Shown here: positions 37,391 to 49,242 of the stretch, one piece after another | Layout of the letters: every line of letters starts with the position of its first letter | Position numbering within the stretch: the first letter of the stretch is position 1 | Assembly: GCA_030141605.1 (NCBI GenBank) | Contig: JAQGDQ010000028.1 | Coordinates: 248,001-312,000 of the forward strand | DNA: 64,000 nt | Source: Tubiluchus corallicola | Lineage: Eukaryota > Animalia > Priapulida | Direction: 5' to 3' | Made by a program: the position numbers and the translations under genes | Notes under the pieces: generated by a model | Told to the model about the DNA's origin: nothing | Database searches by the model: none | The model's input: only the letters and a program-made list of their open reading frames with translations

Positions 37391-37856
37391 TGTTAGATTA
37401 AATTTAATCTGAGTTTTTCTTGAACTAATTTTAATGTGAAATACTTTTTCTATCTTTGTGACTAATCGTATGAATGTTTTGTTACTAAATTTTCTAACCA
37501 AATTAATCGTTTGTATGTGAAAACAGTTGAAAATGGAATTCTTTCATGGGTTGACAGCAAATAATAAACTTGCAGTGTTGCTTACTGCTTAACTCAAATA
37601 CATTTCCTTTGGCTTTCATTTTCACTAGCCTGTATCTGGGACCAATGGAATCATTAAAGCATTTGGTGACAGTTGAAGGACAAAAATTTGCTTTCAAGGT
37701 TTTTTTGAATGGCTGTCAGCATTGTTAAGTAACGAAAAGGAAGGTGATAATTTTGGTGAAAATATGTATTAGCATTTAATGGAAACCTTTTGTTTGAGTT
37801 GCTTGCGAAACTGTTTGCACTAGAGTGAGGTGCTCACAAATTTCTTGTAATTTCAG

Positions 37857-37986
37857 CTTGGTGGCACGAGGTTTAGTGTTAATATTCCACACCGTTTCTC
37901 AATACACAGCTATAAACGCCCTACATTTTGCGACCACTGCGGATCGTTGCTGTATGGACTCATCAAGCAGGGACTTCAATGTGAAG
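37857..37986 (+). CDS. PRKCE: nPKC exon 6 (C1B)
   Basis: [43 protein letters not shown], 130 nt, phase 0-1. Confidence 0.97.
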
Positions 37987-38498
37987 GTATTCTTTATACT
38001 CGAATGGTAGTTCTAATGATAGCATTGTATTAACACTGTGTTGGCAGGTTGGTGCTACATCTGAATGTCAGTAATACTAAATTTGACATTACTGTCATTG
38101 TTTTGTGCAGAGCTTTGAGTTAAGTCATTTTTTAAAAGAAGTCTGCAGCAAAGTTCCTTCAGAGGGAGATTAAGTTTCTTTTACATTTTTGAGCGAGACA
38201 TTTTATGCGCGTAGATGATGTGGTAATTTCGATAGTTCAAAGTGTATGTTAAAACACAATGTGTTGTTTAAAGGTTCAAAATGTTGTTTAAGAGTTGGTT
38301 TTTTTCCTATAAAACTCACCCATGACGGCACTGCACTGTTAGGCAGCAGGCAAAAGAATAACTTAAAATGCCAAGATTACATGATTTGAAAACTTTTAGT
38401 ATAAAAATTTAAGCATTTGCTTTGTGTCATCACTTCTGCATAGCTACGTTTTAAAGAAGCAAAAAAGAGTTATAGAATGCACATTATTTCTTTTGCAG

Positions 38499-38641
38499 AA
38501 TGTAAACTTAACGTTCACAAACGTTGTCAAAAGAACGTGGCCAACAACTGCGGAATCAACTCAAAACAAATGGCTGAGATAATGCAGGAGATGGGAATGT
38601 CTGGCCACAAGTTGAGTGAGAGCAAGGGTAGAACCAAAAAG
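38499..38641 (+). CDS. PRKCE: nPKC exon 7 (end of C1B, hinge)
   Basis: [27 protein letters not shown]...TKK|gtaggc, 143 nt, phase 1-0. Confidence 0.96.
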
Positions 38642-39548
38642 GTAGGCTCTGTGAGTATACCTTTTTTCTATCTTTTATTTTCATTTTCCATTTATTATGC
38701 ATTAATTCATTCTTCTGCTTTTATTTGCTTAACTTGCTCTTCTGAGCTTTAAGTTGTACTTGGGTTAAGTCGAGCGTATACGATGACGGCATTCGGGTAA
38801 TTTGAAAAAAAATTTCCTTGAGTTGAGTGTTTTCACACTTTCCGTCTATGTATACATGTGAACATGCCCTTGTCTGACTAAGCACTTACTAGTTGCCAAA
38901 TTTTAAAGCACATTTCTACACATTTTGCACTTTCATTATTACAGTTACTTTTGTGTATTTTTGGCACTTGCACAACGTTTATTTAAATGGAAGTATTGTA
39001 CTGTTGTGTTAATACTGCCATATTATTGACATTTGTTTTAGTTTAACATTTCAACACAGCTACAGTTACGATTAATAAAGATAACTGAGTAAAATTGTCT
39101 AATCAAATTGACTTATTATAATGATATCAAGCTTCTTTAAATCTATTCTGTTTCCTCTTTTTTGTCGAGTTAAACTTAGTCTGTATGTCTGCTAATTTCT
39201 ACGTTATAAAGTAACAACTTCCAAGAATTGTGGAGGGTTTTTCCATTTTTGTATTGTTTTCCGATTCAATAATATTTTTGTTTTTCCTTGTTTACAATCT
39301 TATAGTGACACTGGTAAAATCAGGAGTTGCCAAAATTCACATTCTACTCTGATCTCTTTTTATTTTTGATTAAATCACATTAATATCATTTATCTTTTCA
39401 TACCTGTGAAATGTTTTGAAATGGCAAACCAGTGTATATACATTACTTCAGCTGTGTATTGAGTCATTGAAATTGAATTTATGATTAGTTTTTATATTTT
39501 GAATTGTTTTATATGACGTGTCATTGCGACAGTTTTTTTTTATTTCAG

Positions 39549-39657
39549 ATTTCGATCAGCGAGGCGCCGTCAATGAATACACTCTCGAAACAAGGTCAGC
39601 AAGTTCACGAGAGATGTAACTCCTCGCCACTTCCCATGCTTACAACCATTAGTCAAG
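39549..39657 (+). CDS. PRKCE: nPKC exon 8 (V3 hinge)
   Basis: Long T tract atttcag| ISISEAPSMNTLSKQGQQVHERCNSSPLPMLTTISQ G|gtacgt. Phase 0-1 bridges exons 7 and 9. Confidence 0.85.
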
Positions 39658-40283
39658 GTACGTTACCAGGCCTAGCTGCTTGATTGACGGTCACTAATCA
39701 TTCGCAGGTGAAACAGATTGCATACGTTGGCGTTTGGATGATTGATGAACAACGTAGAATATGTTTCACAGCGACTGCCCTCGACTCATAACTCCCAGCT
39801 TTTTATGTTTTCCAGTATCAGCTGAAATAAAAGCTAATGTGTGAACTGTCTTAAGCCTACTTATCAATAAGTTGATTTATAGTGTAGCTGTTGTGATGTT
39901 GGAAATTGGGCTGAAATTTGACTGCTACGTTCTAACCCTGCTTAAATTATGTAGAAACGTAAAAGCCGTAAAAGTCGAGGCCAATCTCTAATAAAACTCG
40001 ACTGATTGTTGACCGGTTAGCTGAGCCTGGAACTTGCCGTGCATTTGTGGTGTAGCATTAACCTTCCGTAATGACGTGGATGACTGTTTGGTGCTTTAGA
40101 TCATAAGTACTTCAAGTAAAGTGCTTATACTATGCCTATACTATAGCTGATAGACAAAACTGAGCATTTTATTTGATGTTTCTGTGTGTGCGTGCGTGTG
40201 TGTGAATGGTTGTTTATAACGTGAGCTTTCACACTGTACATTTTTTTTTAATTTTGCACTTTTCTGCATAACTTAGTTTCACT

Positions 40284-40313
40284 TCTACTACTAGTGTCAC
40301 TACTACTACTACT

Positions 40314-40353
<40 letters not shown>

Positions 40354-40354
40354 G

Positions 40355-40422
<68 letters not shown>

Positions 40423-40423
40423 G

Positions 40424-40488
<65 letters not shown>

Positions 40489-40563
40489 GCTACTACTGCT
40501 ACTACTACTACTACTGCCACTACTACTGCCACTGCTGCCGCCACCGCTACTACTAGTTACTAC
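40284..40563. repeat. Compound (CTA)n(CTG)n trinucleotide microsatellite
   Basis: Direct reading. It accounts for the poly-T/A/V ORFs in the ORF track. Confidence 0.97.
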
Positions 40564-41829
40564 TGTTATTCAACGAGGTATTTTTTACTGCCATTTTTCT
40601 TTCATTGGAATTTAATGTGACGAAATATTTTGTTGTACATGTATCTTTTTTCTTGTTCGTTAAATATCAGAATTTCGCACAATTTCTTTGTCCTACCACA
40701 ATGAAAAGCTTTGACATGCTCTCGTTTCAGTTTTGAACTGTTTTAATGCGCATCATTTTAAGTAACATCTGTTGAAGAAACTGCCTACTTTAAGGTCTCT
40801 AAGATCATTCTCCTTTAAACTCTGTTGTGACGTCATCTAATTATACTCCATAGGGAAAATTAAATACTACAATAGTATTCACATTTTTCATTCCACTCTT
40901 CTCAGCAAAACATGGCTTTCGTTTATTAGTTGCACATGGAGTAACATGTCCAAGACATGATCAGATGCAAAACTAAGGCGACTTAACTTTTCAAAATTTT
41001 GTTGAGGAAATTCTTCACACCTCTGCCGTTTGCTTCGCTTCTTCAGCTCTCCACACTCAGTATTGACTGAACCTCCTCATTGTTTTAGAAATGATCTGTG
41101 GCCATGATACCAGAAGTATCTTAACCTGATGGCTCTGTTATGACAGTACCTCAAAATAGCATGCATTTTTACTGAATTTGTCTTAGCTGTGTTAGTAACC
41201 CATGTAATATTATTGTTTACTTTTAAACCTGTTTTTTTTTCTTATTTTTGCACCACCTTACTCCATAAGCCTCGCTATGTACATGAGGCAATTTAAAACA
41301 GTATTAAATCAGTTGGCTAAATTATCTTTGGCAAGCACCTGCATGAAAACGTAAAGCATATGTATGTGCATTTCAAGTAATGATTGTTTTTATTATACAT
41401 TAAAATACAAATTTAACTAGAAAGTTAAATCGATGAAGTGTCAAGTGGATTATGAGTGATGTTAACTGCTTTACCCTTCCTCTGCCTTTTGTCAATAATT
41501 TATTAATAAATGTTCAATATCCATAGTGCTTGTTAGTCATCTTAGCACATTTTTAAATACAAGAGGCAATTAAAATAACAACCAATATGAAAGCATTAGT
41601 TGTTTTATTTCAAAATTTTATATGCTACAATTGCTTTAAATCTTAATCTTGTACTGTCTAGGAAAGATACTCTTATTAGATTTCTAGTCATGAAAGTAGG
41701 TTAACTATGTTGTGTTTAATAGTATATAAATTCTATAAAATGTTAAACAGTACTTAGAATCAGTAATAAGATGCAGCCACTATTATTCACAGTTATTATT
41801 AGTGAGAGCATTACATTCAGTGCTGGATG

Positions 41830-42660
41830 CATAAGTTTACGAGATTATTCTGTAACTTCAAATTATTAGAGTGTGGCACCCAAGTTATTAGCTTGGTACG
41901 TAACATAAAGTTATGAGCGTATGCTCGAATTTACTAACTTGTTCTGCTGCTTAAAATTATTAAAGTATGGTGAATGAATTTACCAGATAATTCTACAATT
42001 TAAAATTATTAGAGCTTAGTGCACTTGTTATTAACTTGGTTTGTAACTTGAAGTTAGAGTATGCTCGAGTTTACTAGCTTCTTCTGCAGCTTAAGATTAT
42101 TAGACCGTAGTGCATGAATTTACCAGGTAGTTCTGTAATTTAAAACTACTAGAGCTTGGTGCATGAGTTATTAACTTGGTCTGCAACTTAAGTTATTACA
42201 GTATGGTGTGAAAGTTACTAGTTTGTTCTATAACATTAGAGCATGGTGCATGAATTTATCAGATAGTTCTATAATTTAAAGTTATTAGCGTATGTTAATC
42301 GAGATTACTAGTTTATTCGATAACTTAAAGTTGTCAGAGTTAAGTGATGGACTTTACTAGTTTGTTCAACTTAAGGTTGTTATAGCATGCAAGAGTTATT
42401 AATTTATTCAATAACTTGAACTTGTTAGATTGCTTAGCTTATGATATGGATATACAGGAGCCTGATAGAAATATTAGAATAGCCGCTGTGAATTGCCTTA
42501 GGTTTACTGTCTTGTACTTTAACATAAAGTTATTAGGTATGATGCTTGAGATTACTAGTCTGTTCGATAATTTAAAGTTATCAGAGCGTGGTACCCGAGA
42601 TTACTTGTTTATTATGCAATTTAGAGGTTTTAGAGCATGATGCATGAGTTATAAACTTAC
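41830..42660 (+). repeat. Degenerate ~47-bp minisatellite array
   Basis: Recurring AARTTATTAGAGCATGGTGCATGARTTWYTARCTTGTTCTRTAACTT-like units, with similarity also at about 140-bp spacing. Confidence 0.85.
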
Positions 42661-42729
42661 AGTATATATTCAACTCTGGTAAACGGAACCTCTTGTAGAC
42701 ATGACAATCATGTTCTGGTATATTTTCAG

Positions 42730-42875
42730 AAGGAGAACAAAGCGGTTCATTGTCACCTCTTGTCGCAGACATGAGCATAACTAGTCCCATGCGAAGTCAC
42801 CAGTCACATCGGAGCATCATTGGCCTCGCTGACTTCACCTTTATCAAAGTGCTTGGAAAAGGAAGCTTTGGAAAG
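42730..42875 (+). CDS. PRKCE: nPKC exon 9 (hinge, kinase Gly-rich loop)
   Basis: ...IGLADFTFIKVLGKGSFGK|gttcag, phase 1-0. Confidence 0.95.
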
Positions 42876-43618
42876 GTTCAGTAATGCTCTGTGTAGAACG
42901 TTTTCGCTTACAATGACACTATAAAATTTGTTTCAAACATTTTCTTTGTATTATTGTTAAAAGACATTAAGAATATGTTCATATTTTTGTGAAAATGCAA
43001 TTTGTCGGATTTTTATAAGGAATAACTATAATCATAAGAACTAATCTAGCAGCTTCTACTTTAAAAAAGACTTATATTAGGAAAATATAGTCACAGTACA
43101 GCACCAATTATCACAATTTTTCTGAAATATAAATTGGAACATTTTGAGGAAATGTCGCTGTTGTAAAATAGATACAGAGTTTCTATAAGTTTGAGCTCTA
43201 CTGCCTACTCTCTCACTGCTAAGTTCCATGAAGGACTAATGCTAACATTATGTAATCTAGTAATAGTATCGTTACATTTTCAGCTTCTATATTTAAGAAA
43301 TGTACTAAATGAACCTTTTACCTCAAGCCCTAGGGCTGTCTTACTGATGATAATGTTTTCACTTGTTCAAATATGTCTGACATGGTAACATGTGTCGCAT
43401 TTTGTGAACATATTTAAAATATTTTTAGATATTCTGTTAGTAAGTACCATGCATTCACACATCTGTTTTTCACATATAGAATATGTGTGAATAATTGTTA
43501 TGATAGTTGTGGATAATGTCGACATAGGGTATTAGTAAACATGAACATTTATGGTAAGTTTTTGTTAAGTTCTGCTGTATTTCCGTTGTCGCAAAGTTTG
43601 CTTTGACTACTATTGCAG

Positions 43619-43792
43619 GTCATGTTAGCTGAACGGAAGGGCTCGGAGGAAATCTACGCAGTTAAAGTGTTGAAGAAAGATGTTATACTGCAGGACGATG
43701 ACGTAGACTGCACAATGACAGAAAAGCGGGTATTAGCACTCTCGGCAAAGCACCCCTTTCTAACGGCTCTGCATTCTGCTTTCCAAACTCGA
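43619..43792 (+). CDS. PRKCE: nPKC exon 10 (kinase subdomains II-IV)
   Basis: [39 protein letters not shown]...FQTR|gtatgt, 174 nt. Confidence 0.98.
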
Positions 43793-43894
43793 GTATGTTC
43801 TATTCTTGTCTATTAGTTTTAATATACACATAAATTTAGTTATATCTGTTCGCCTTGTTCGTTAAATATGTGATCAAATTTATTAGCTTATTGA

Positions 43895-44128
<234 letters not shown>

Positions 44129-44215
44129 TAGGTAATGATGAGATGATTTGCATAAAAGCCATAATTAATTAAGTTTTGATGCCTAACTGAAAAAGTTGAT
44201 GCCTGTGAAAAAGTT

Positions 44216-44291
44216 GAGATGCAGCCTGGATTTGAACCAGGGATCCACTACTTACATTGCCAGTGCCTTAACCACTAGGCCACAACATCTC
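44216..44291 (-). other. tRNA-like element (tRNA pseudogene or SINE head)
   Basis: D arm GCCT-AGTGGTTA-AGGC, perfect T arm CCTGG-TTCAAAT-CCAGG and a near-complete acceptor stem. The anticodon arm is defective. T5 runs follow immediately downstream. Confidence 0.7.
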
Positions 44292-44912
44292 CCAGTGATT
44301 AAGGCAGTTCAAAGTTCATCCCTTATACCCGGCCAATCAAATCCAGCATTTCTAATGCTAGATTGTATTTTATTAGCTTTTATTGAAGTTACCAAAACAG
44401 AAGTGGTGCTGACAAGCCACTGGTATAGCAGTATCCAGTCTTTTTATTTTAGAAATCTGTCTGTCCAATGTCTACAGTTGATATGGCATATGATGATACC
44501 ATACTTGAAAGGCAGGAAATATGAAAAATGGTAATGTTTATCTTGCCTTCTCCATATTTCCTGTCTCTCAATTTTGGCATCAAAATTTAATTAATTTTAG
44601 GTTTGTAACATTATAAATAATAATCTTGACATGAAGTTTATTATAACAATTAATAATTTGTAGTTAATCGAATGAGAATGTTATACAAAATAATAAGCCT
44701 GGTGGAGTAAACACAGTTTGACATATGTGACCTCTATAAAATATAAATAAAGTGCGGGCACTTTATTTTATTTTTATTTGAAAGAAATGTAACAAAGAAA
44801 AAATTTATTTTGTACCTGACTATTTCTGTGTTGAAAGACCACAAGTGCTTTGAAAATGTGCTTGAACACACCATAAATTAGTAAAATAACCAACTTCTTA
44901 TAATATACCACA

Positions 44913-45351
44913 TAGTGATGGGTGATTAATAGATTAGTGGAATTAATCGCGATTACAACCATAAATAAATCAATGTAATTGCTGATTGAACACTAATTCG
45001 ATTAATCGAGAACAAAATACACATATTACACACTGACTAAAAGGCAGTGTTTGAGCACAAATAAACAGAATCTTTGCATTTTTTCTTCATTTTTCTGGCT
45101 GTCATATGGTTGCCGTAATGGTTGTCATAGAGTAGTTAACGAAAAAGCAGTGCATGTCTATAAAATTAGTTTGCGAATATAAAAATGGCAAACAACAGCG
45201 AAAGCTCTGAAGCATTTATAAGCTGATTCATTACAGACGTTGAAAAATATATTGCAAAACGTCAAAAATCGCCGCAAAAGATTAATTGCGATATTGAATT
45301 ACGAGAATAAGATTATAATCGAATTACAAAATTCAAAATTGTCCATCATTA
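44913..45351. mobile_element. MITE (TAGTGATGGG termini, hAT-like), copy 1
   Basis: Inverted termini, GATTAATCG sub-repeats and a flanking duplication TATACCACA/TGTACCACA. A second copy lies at about 60.15-60.55 kb. Confidence 0.75.
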
Positions 45352-45944
45352 TGTACCACAATTAGGAAGGAAGGTTGTAGTTTAATGAACAGAGTAAACA
45401 AGTAGTATTAAGCTTGTAGTATGTACAGTTTATATATTAGTTGAGTCCAAGTGTTATTTGAGAAGTATGCAAGCCTCTCTTTGGAATGCTGGTTATACTA
45501 ACTAGGTTTTATATACAGCTCTAGGCTAGTTAAATAATTCTAGATACTGGTATTGGCATTTGTGTTTTTTTATAAACATATTTTTTATTTAATATTTTGA
45601 AGACTGAGGTAAACAGTCTAAATGAACTCAATTTTGATTTGAACCTCAGGCTTACGCTTACATGGAAAATTACAAAGAACGTACAGATATAAATAAGCAA
45701 TAAAGCATAGGAGGACATTACAGTATAATAAAACATAATGCATTACACATTTTAGGCTCACTAATATCTAATTTAGCTGCTAAGTACTGAATATCAAAAT
45801 GACTAATTTCTATGGTAAAATCTCTTGGTCTCCTTAATATACCTCTGCACTAATTGAAATACGTGTACATTTAGGTCGTGGCTTAGTTGCGATTACCTTT
45901 GTGTTTTATGCTGTGTTAATGCAAATCTTTAATTTTGAGTATAG

Positions 45945-46208
<264 letters not shown>

Positions 46209-46756
46209 TAATTTTTATACTTATAGAAGTTACTGTCATAAATCATAGCACAGTATGTAATTACAGCAGCTTAGTCAATTAGATAATAAGCTGATAGCTG
46301 CAAAGTAAGAAAGTTAAAACTGTTTTTTTGACTCATGGCTCCATCTGTTTGTGAGTTTGAATAAGTGTTATTAGACCGTTGGGCCTCACTGGTCTCTTTT
46401 ATTAATGCAAAACCAATGTTTTAACTTATTTATGATTTTCCTGTTTCAAATGGAAATAATTACAATTGTTTGGGGTAATATTCAGTCCAGTATATTTAAA
46501 ATGGGCTGCATAGTTGCATACTTGTATATGAGTGACTTGGTGTGGATGTACTCCACTTGCTGTTAATTGGTGTATGTAAATGCATCTAGTGAACAAAGAA
46601 AGAGCTTTAATATGCTAGCCAGTGCAATTTCATCTTTGTTAGATATTTCATTTAGTCAACGTGTCTGCAAGAAACGTTCAGTTTTTTCATAAGTTTTCAT
46701 TATGAAACGCAATTCTTACTCATTCCTGAGTTTTACCCAGAAATGTCTGTTTTTAA

Positions 46757-47017
<261 letters not shown>

Positions 47018-48172
47018 TGAATGTGAGTGCATGCTGGGTTGCACTGTTCTCCATTATGAACCTGGAATCAGTAAGAGCTTGATTATGTTAAGCAAAGTTT
47101 GTTGATTCAGTGAGACATTATCATTATTATTGTTATCACAGACATTAATAAGTCTTTTTCTCCTACAAGAGTCATTCAGTTTTTTACTGATTTTTGTCAA
47201 CTTCCAGTTTTTACTCATTTTCATTTTTATTTCCTTTTGCTTTTGCATCAAAATTCTTTCCAGCTGTAATATAGCCAATAAATTGTTTTATTTACTGCTG
47301 TTATTTCAATGGTTTTCTTTAGCATGTCTGCACTGATTAATAAGTAAATGGTTATTTAAATTATTTTTATTACATTCTACAGTGTTACGGTTTCCATCAT
47401 TTAATTGCCAATTACACACGTCATACTAATATAAATTTAAATTGAGAACAGTTCCAATATTAATGTTATTCAATGTTAGCTGTTTAAGTTTGCCTGACTA
47501 GACAACTTACAGGTTCTTCACCACCCGTTTTTGTTTCAGACATATTGTATGCATTGTTTATACTGTAATTTGTTAATTCTTGTAGAGTTAATAAAAAGAA
47601 TTGAATTGAATTGTAAAAATGATAACAATTGGTTCATGGTGTGATTGTGCTGACTGACCAACTTCACCTTCTTGGTACATTGAATTACTATTCTGGGGAG
47701 ATTATTCATACATGCCACATGACACACCAGAATGTTTTTTTCCCTTCCAGATAACTTATTGACATTGTTCCCATATTTGATCTGTCTACTGTCTGCTGTC
47801 TTGTTCGAAATGTGTTTAAATCTTGGGGTAAAAATGTTTTTATTTGTTTATAGTCCCATACCCTTGTACTAATCACCCAAACTGAGCATGCATATTCTGT
47901 TATAAAAAATAGCTACAAGCTAATCAGTTTAGCTGTTTGGGTATCACATATCTATAATTGTTCAGTAGCAAAAAATTAATTATATATTACAAGCATCCTT
48001 GTTTAATCACATGAACGTATCAGTTTTGCAATTCCAGGCATGTGCTCTTCGAGGGAAATAAGCCTACGCTGTTTCCTTTTTCTTTCCTGTTTCCGTCTTA
48101 CTTGGATTTTTTCCCCACAATGCCCATGCTTTGCAATAGTTGGTTACCTGGCTAACATGCTATTATTTGCAG

Positions 48173-48319
48173 TTTATGACAAAGAATCCAGTAAAGCGGC
48201 TTGGTTGCGTGGAGGCATACGGAGGCGAGGAAGCCATCAAACATCATCAGTTTTTTCGTGAAATCGACTGGGAGGCTTTAGAACACAGGAAAGTCAAAGC
48301 TCCATTTAGGCCTAAAATT
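48173..48319 (+). CDS. PRKCE: nPKC exon 14
   Basis: [12 protein letters not shown]...[23 protein letters not shown]|gtaagc, 147 nt. Confidence 0.98.
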
Positions 48320-49083
48320 GTAAGCGCTAACGTCAGTTTATTTAACAAGCTGTTTCGGAAATACTACATCCATAATCATATGATAACTATCTGCAAAAAA
48401 TATATAAAGAAGCTAACATGTTGAATAAATGTTGTTGGATCATTTTACAGTTAGTACAAGCGTGCATTGAAGATTTTTTTTATTAGTTTTCACCAAAAAA
48501 ACTTAATCATCCTGATGGCATAGTTATGTTTCATAACAATTGCTTGCGATTGTGGAACTAATTTATTCAGTTAGTTTGGTTAATGCATATGAACACTCAC
48601 TGGGTTAGTGTTTCTCTGCATTTTTCTTTGTTTTGCAAATAACGTAAGTATTCCATCCTGCTTTGATAAAAAATTCAGTGTTAAGTTCCACTGCATGAAT
48701 TATGCGTTTCATCATTCAATTAGTAGGAATTTTTGGCTATTAGCCAAGCTTTTTGCACTATGATTTTTTTGCTAAAGAGGCTTAAATCTCAAAAAATATT
48801 CATCAAAAGATAATTCTCACAGGTAAGTTTTAAAAAAATAGCATTGTGCAGTAATTTGGTTAACTAGCCATGCATGATGGTGCATGTGTAAGTCAAATGT
48901 TACAAGTTTAAATTGACTGAATAAGTCTTCTTTTCATTTTGTAATTTAACAACCGGACATTAATCATTTTTTGGCATTTGTGCTTTTTTGGTATTTATTG
49001 ATTCCATTTGATTAAACAACAAGTAAATCTTTTATTTTTCTTTTACTGCTGTAGCCTTCAGTCAATTTTGTCTTTTTTTGTAG

Positions 49084-49242
49084 AAAACAAAGAAAGATGT
49101 TGGCAACTTTGATACCGACTTCACCAAGGAAGAACCCACGTTGACACCGATTGATAATCAGATCATCAAATCGATCAACCAAGACGAATTCCGCGATTTC
49201 ACTTACATTAATTCTGCCTTTGAATATCAGCTCAACTCTTGA
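49084..49242 (+). CDS. PRKCE: nPKC exon 15 (AGC C-tail)
   Basis: [24 protein letters not shown] (turn motif)...EFRDFTYIN (hydrophobic motif)...TGA. Confidence 0.97.
   Translation, partial: KTKKDVGNFDTDFTKEEPTLTPIDNQIIKSINQDEFRDFTYINSAFEYQLNS

Noticed and set aside
40248-40620. Poly-Thr/Ala and poly-Val/Ala ORFs (antifreeze- or mucin-like)
   Set aside because: They are translations of an intronic (CTA)n(CTG)n microsatellite, with no splice or start support.
41830-42660. CRISPR-like regularly spaced repeats
   Set aside because: The context is a eukaryotic intron, the units are degenerate and contiguous with no unique spacers, and there are no cas genes.
44216-44291. Functional tRNA-Thr(TGT) gene
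   Set aside because: The anticodon stem does not pair properly and the loop lacks U33. Kept only as a tRNA-like element.
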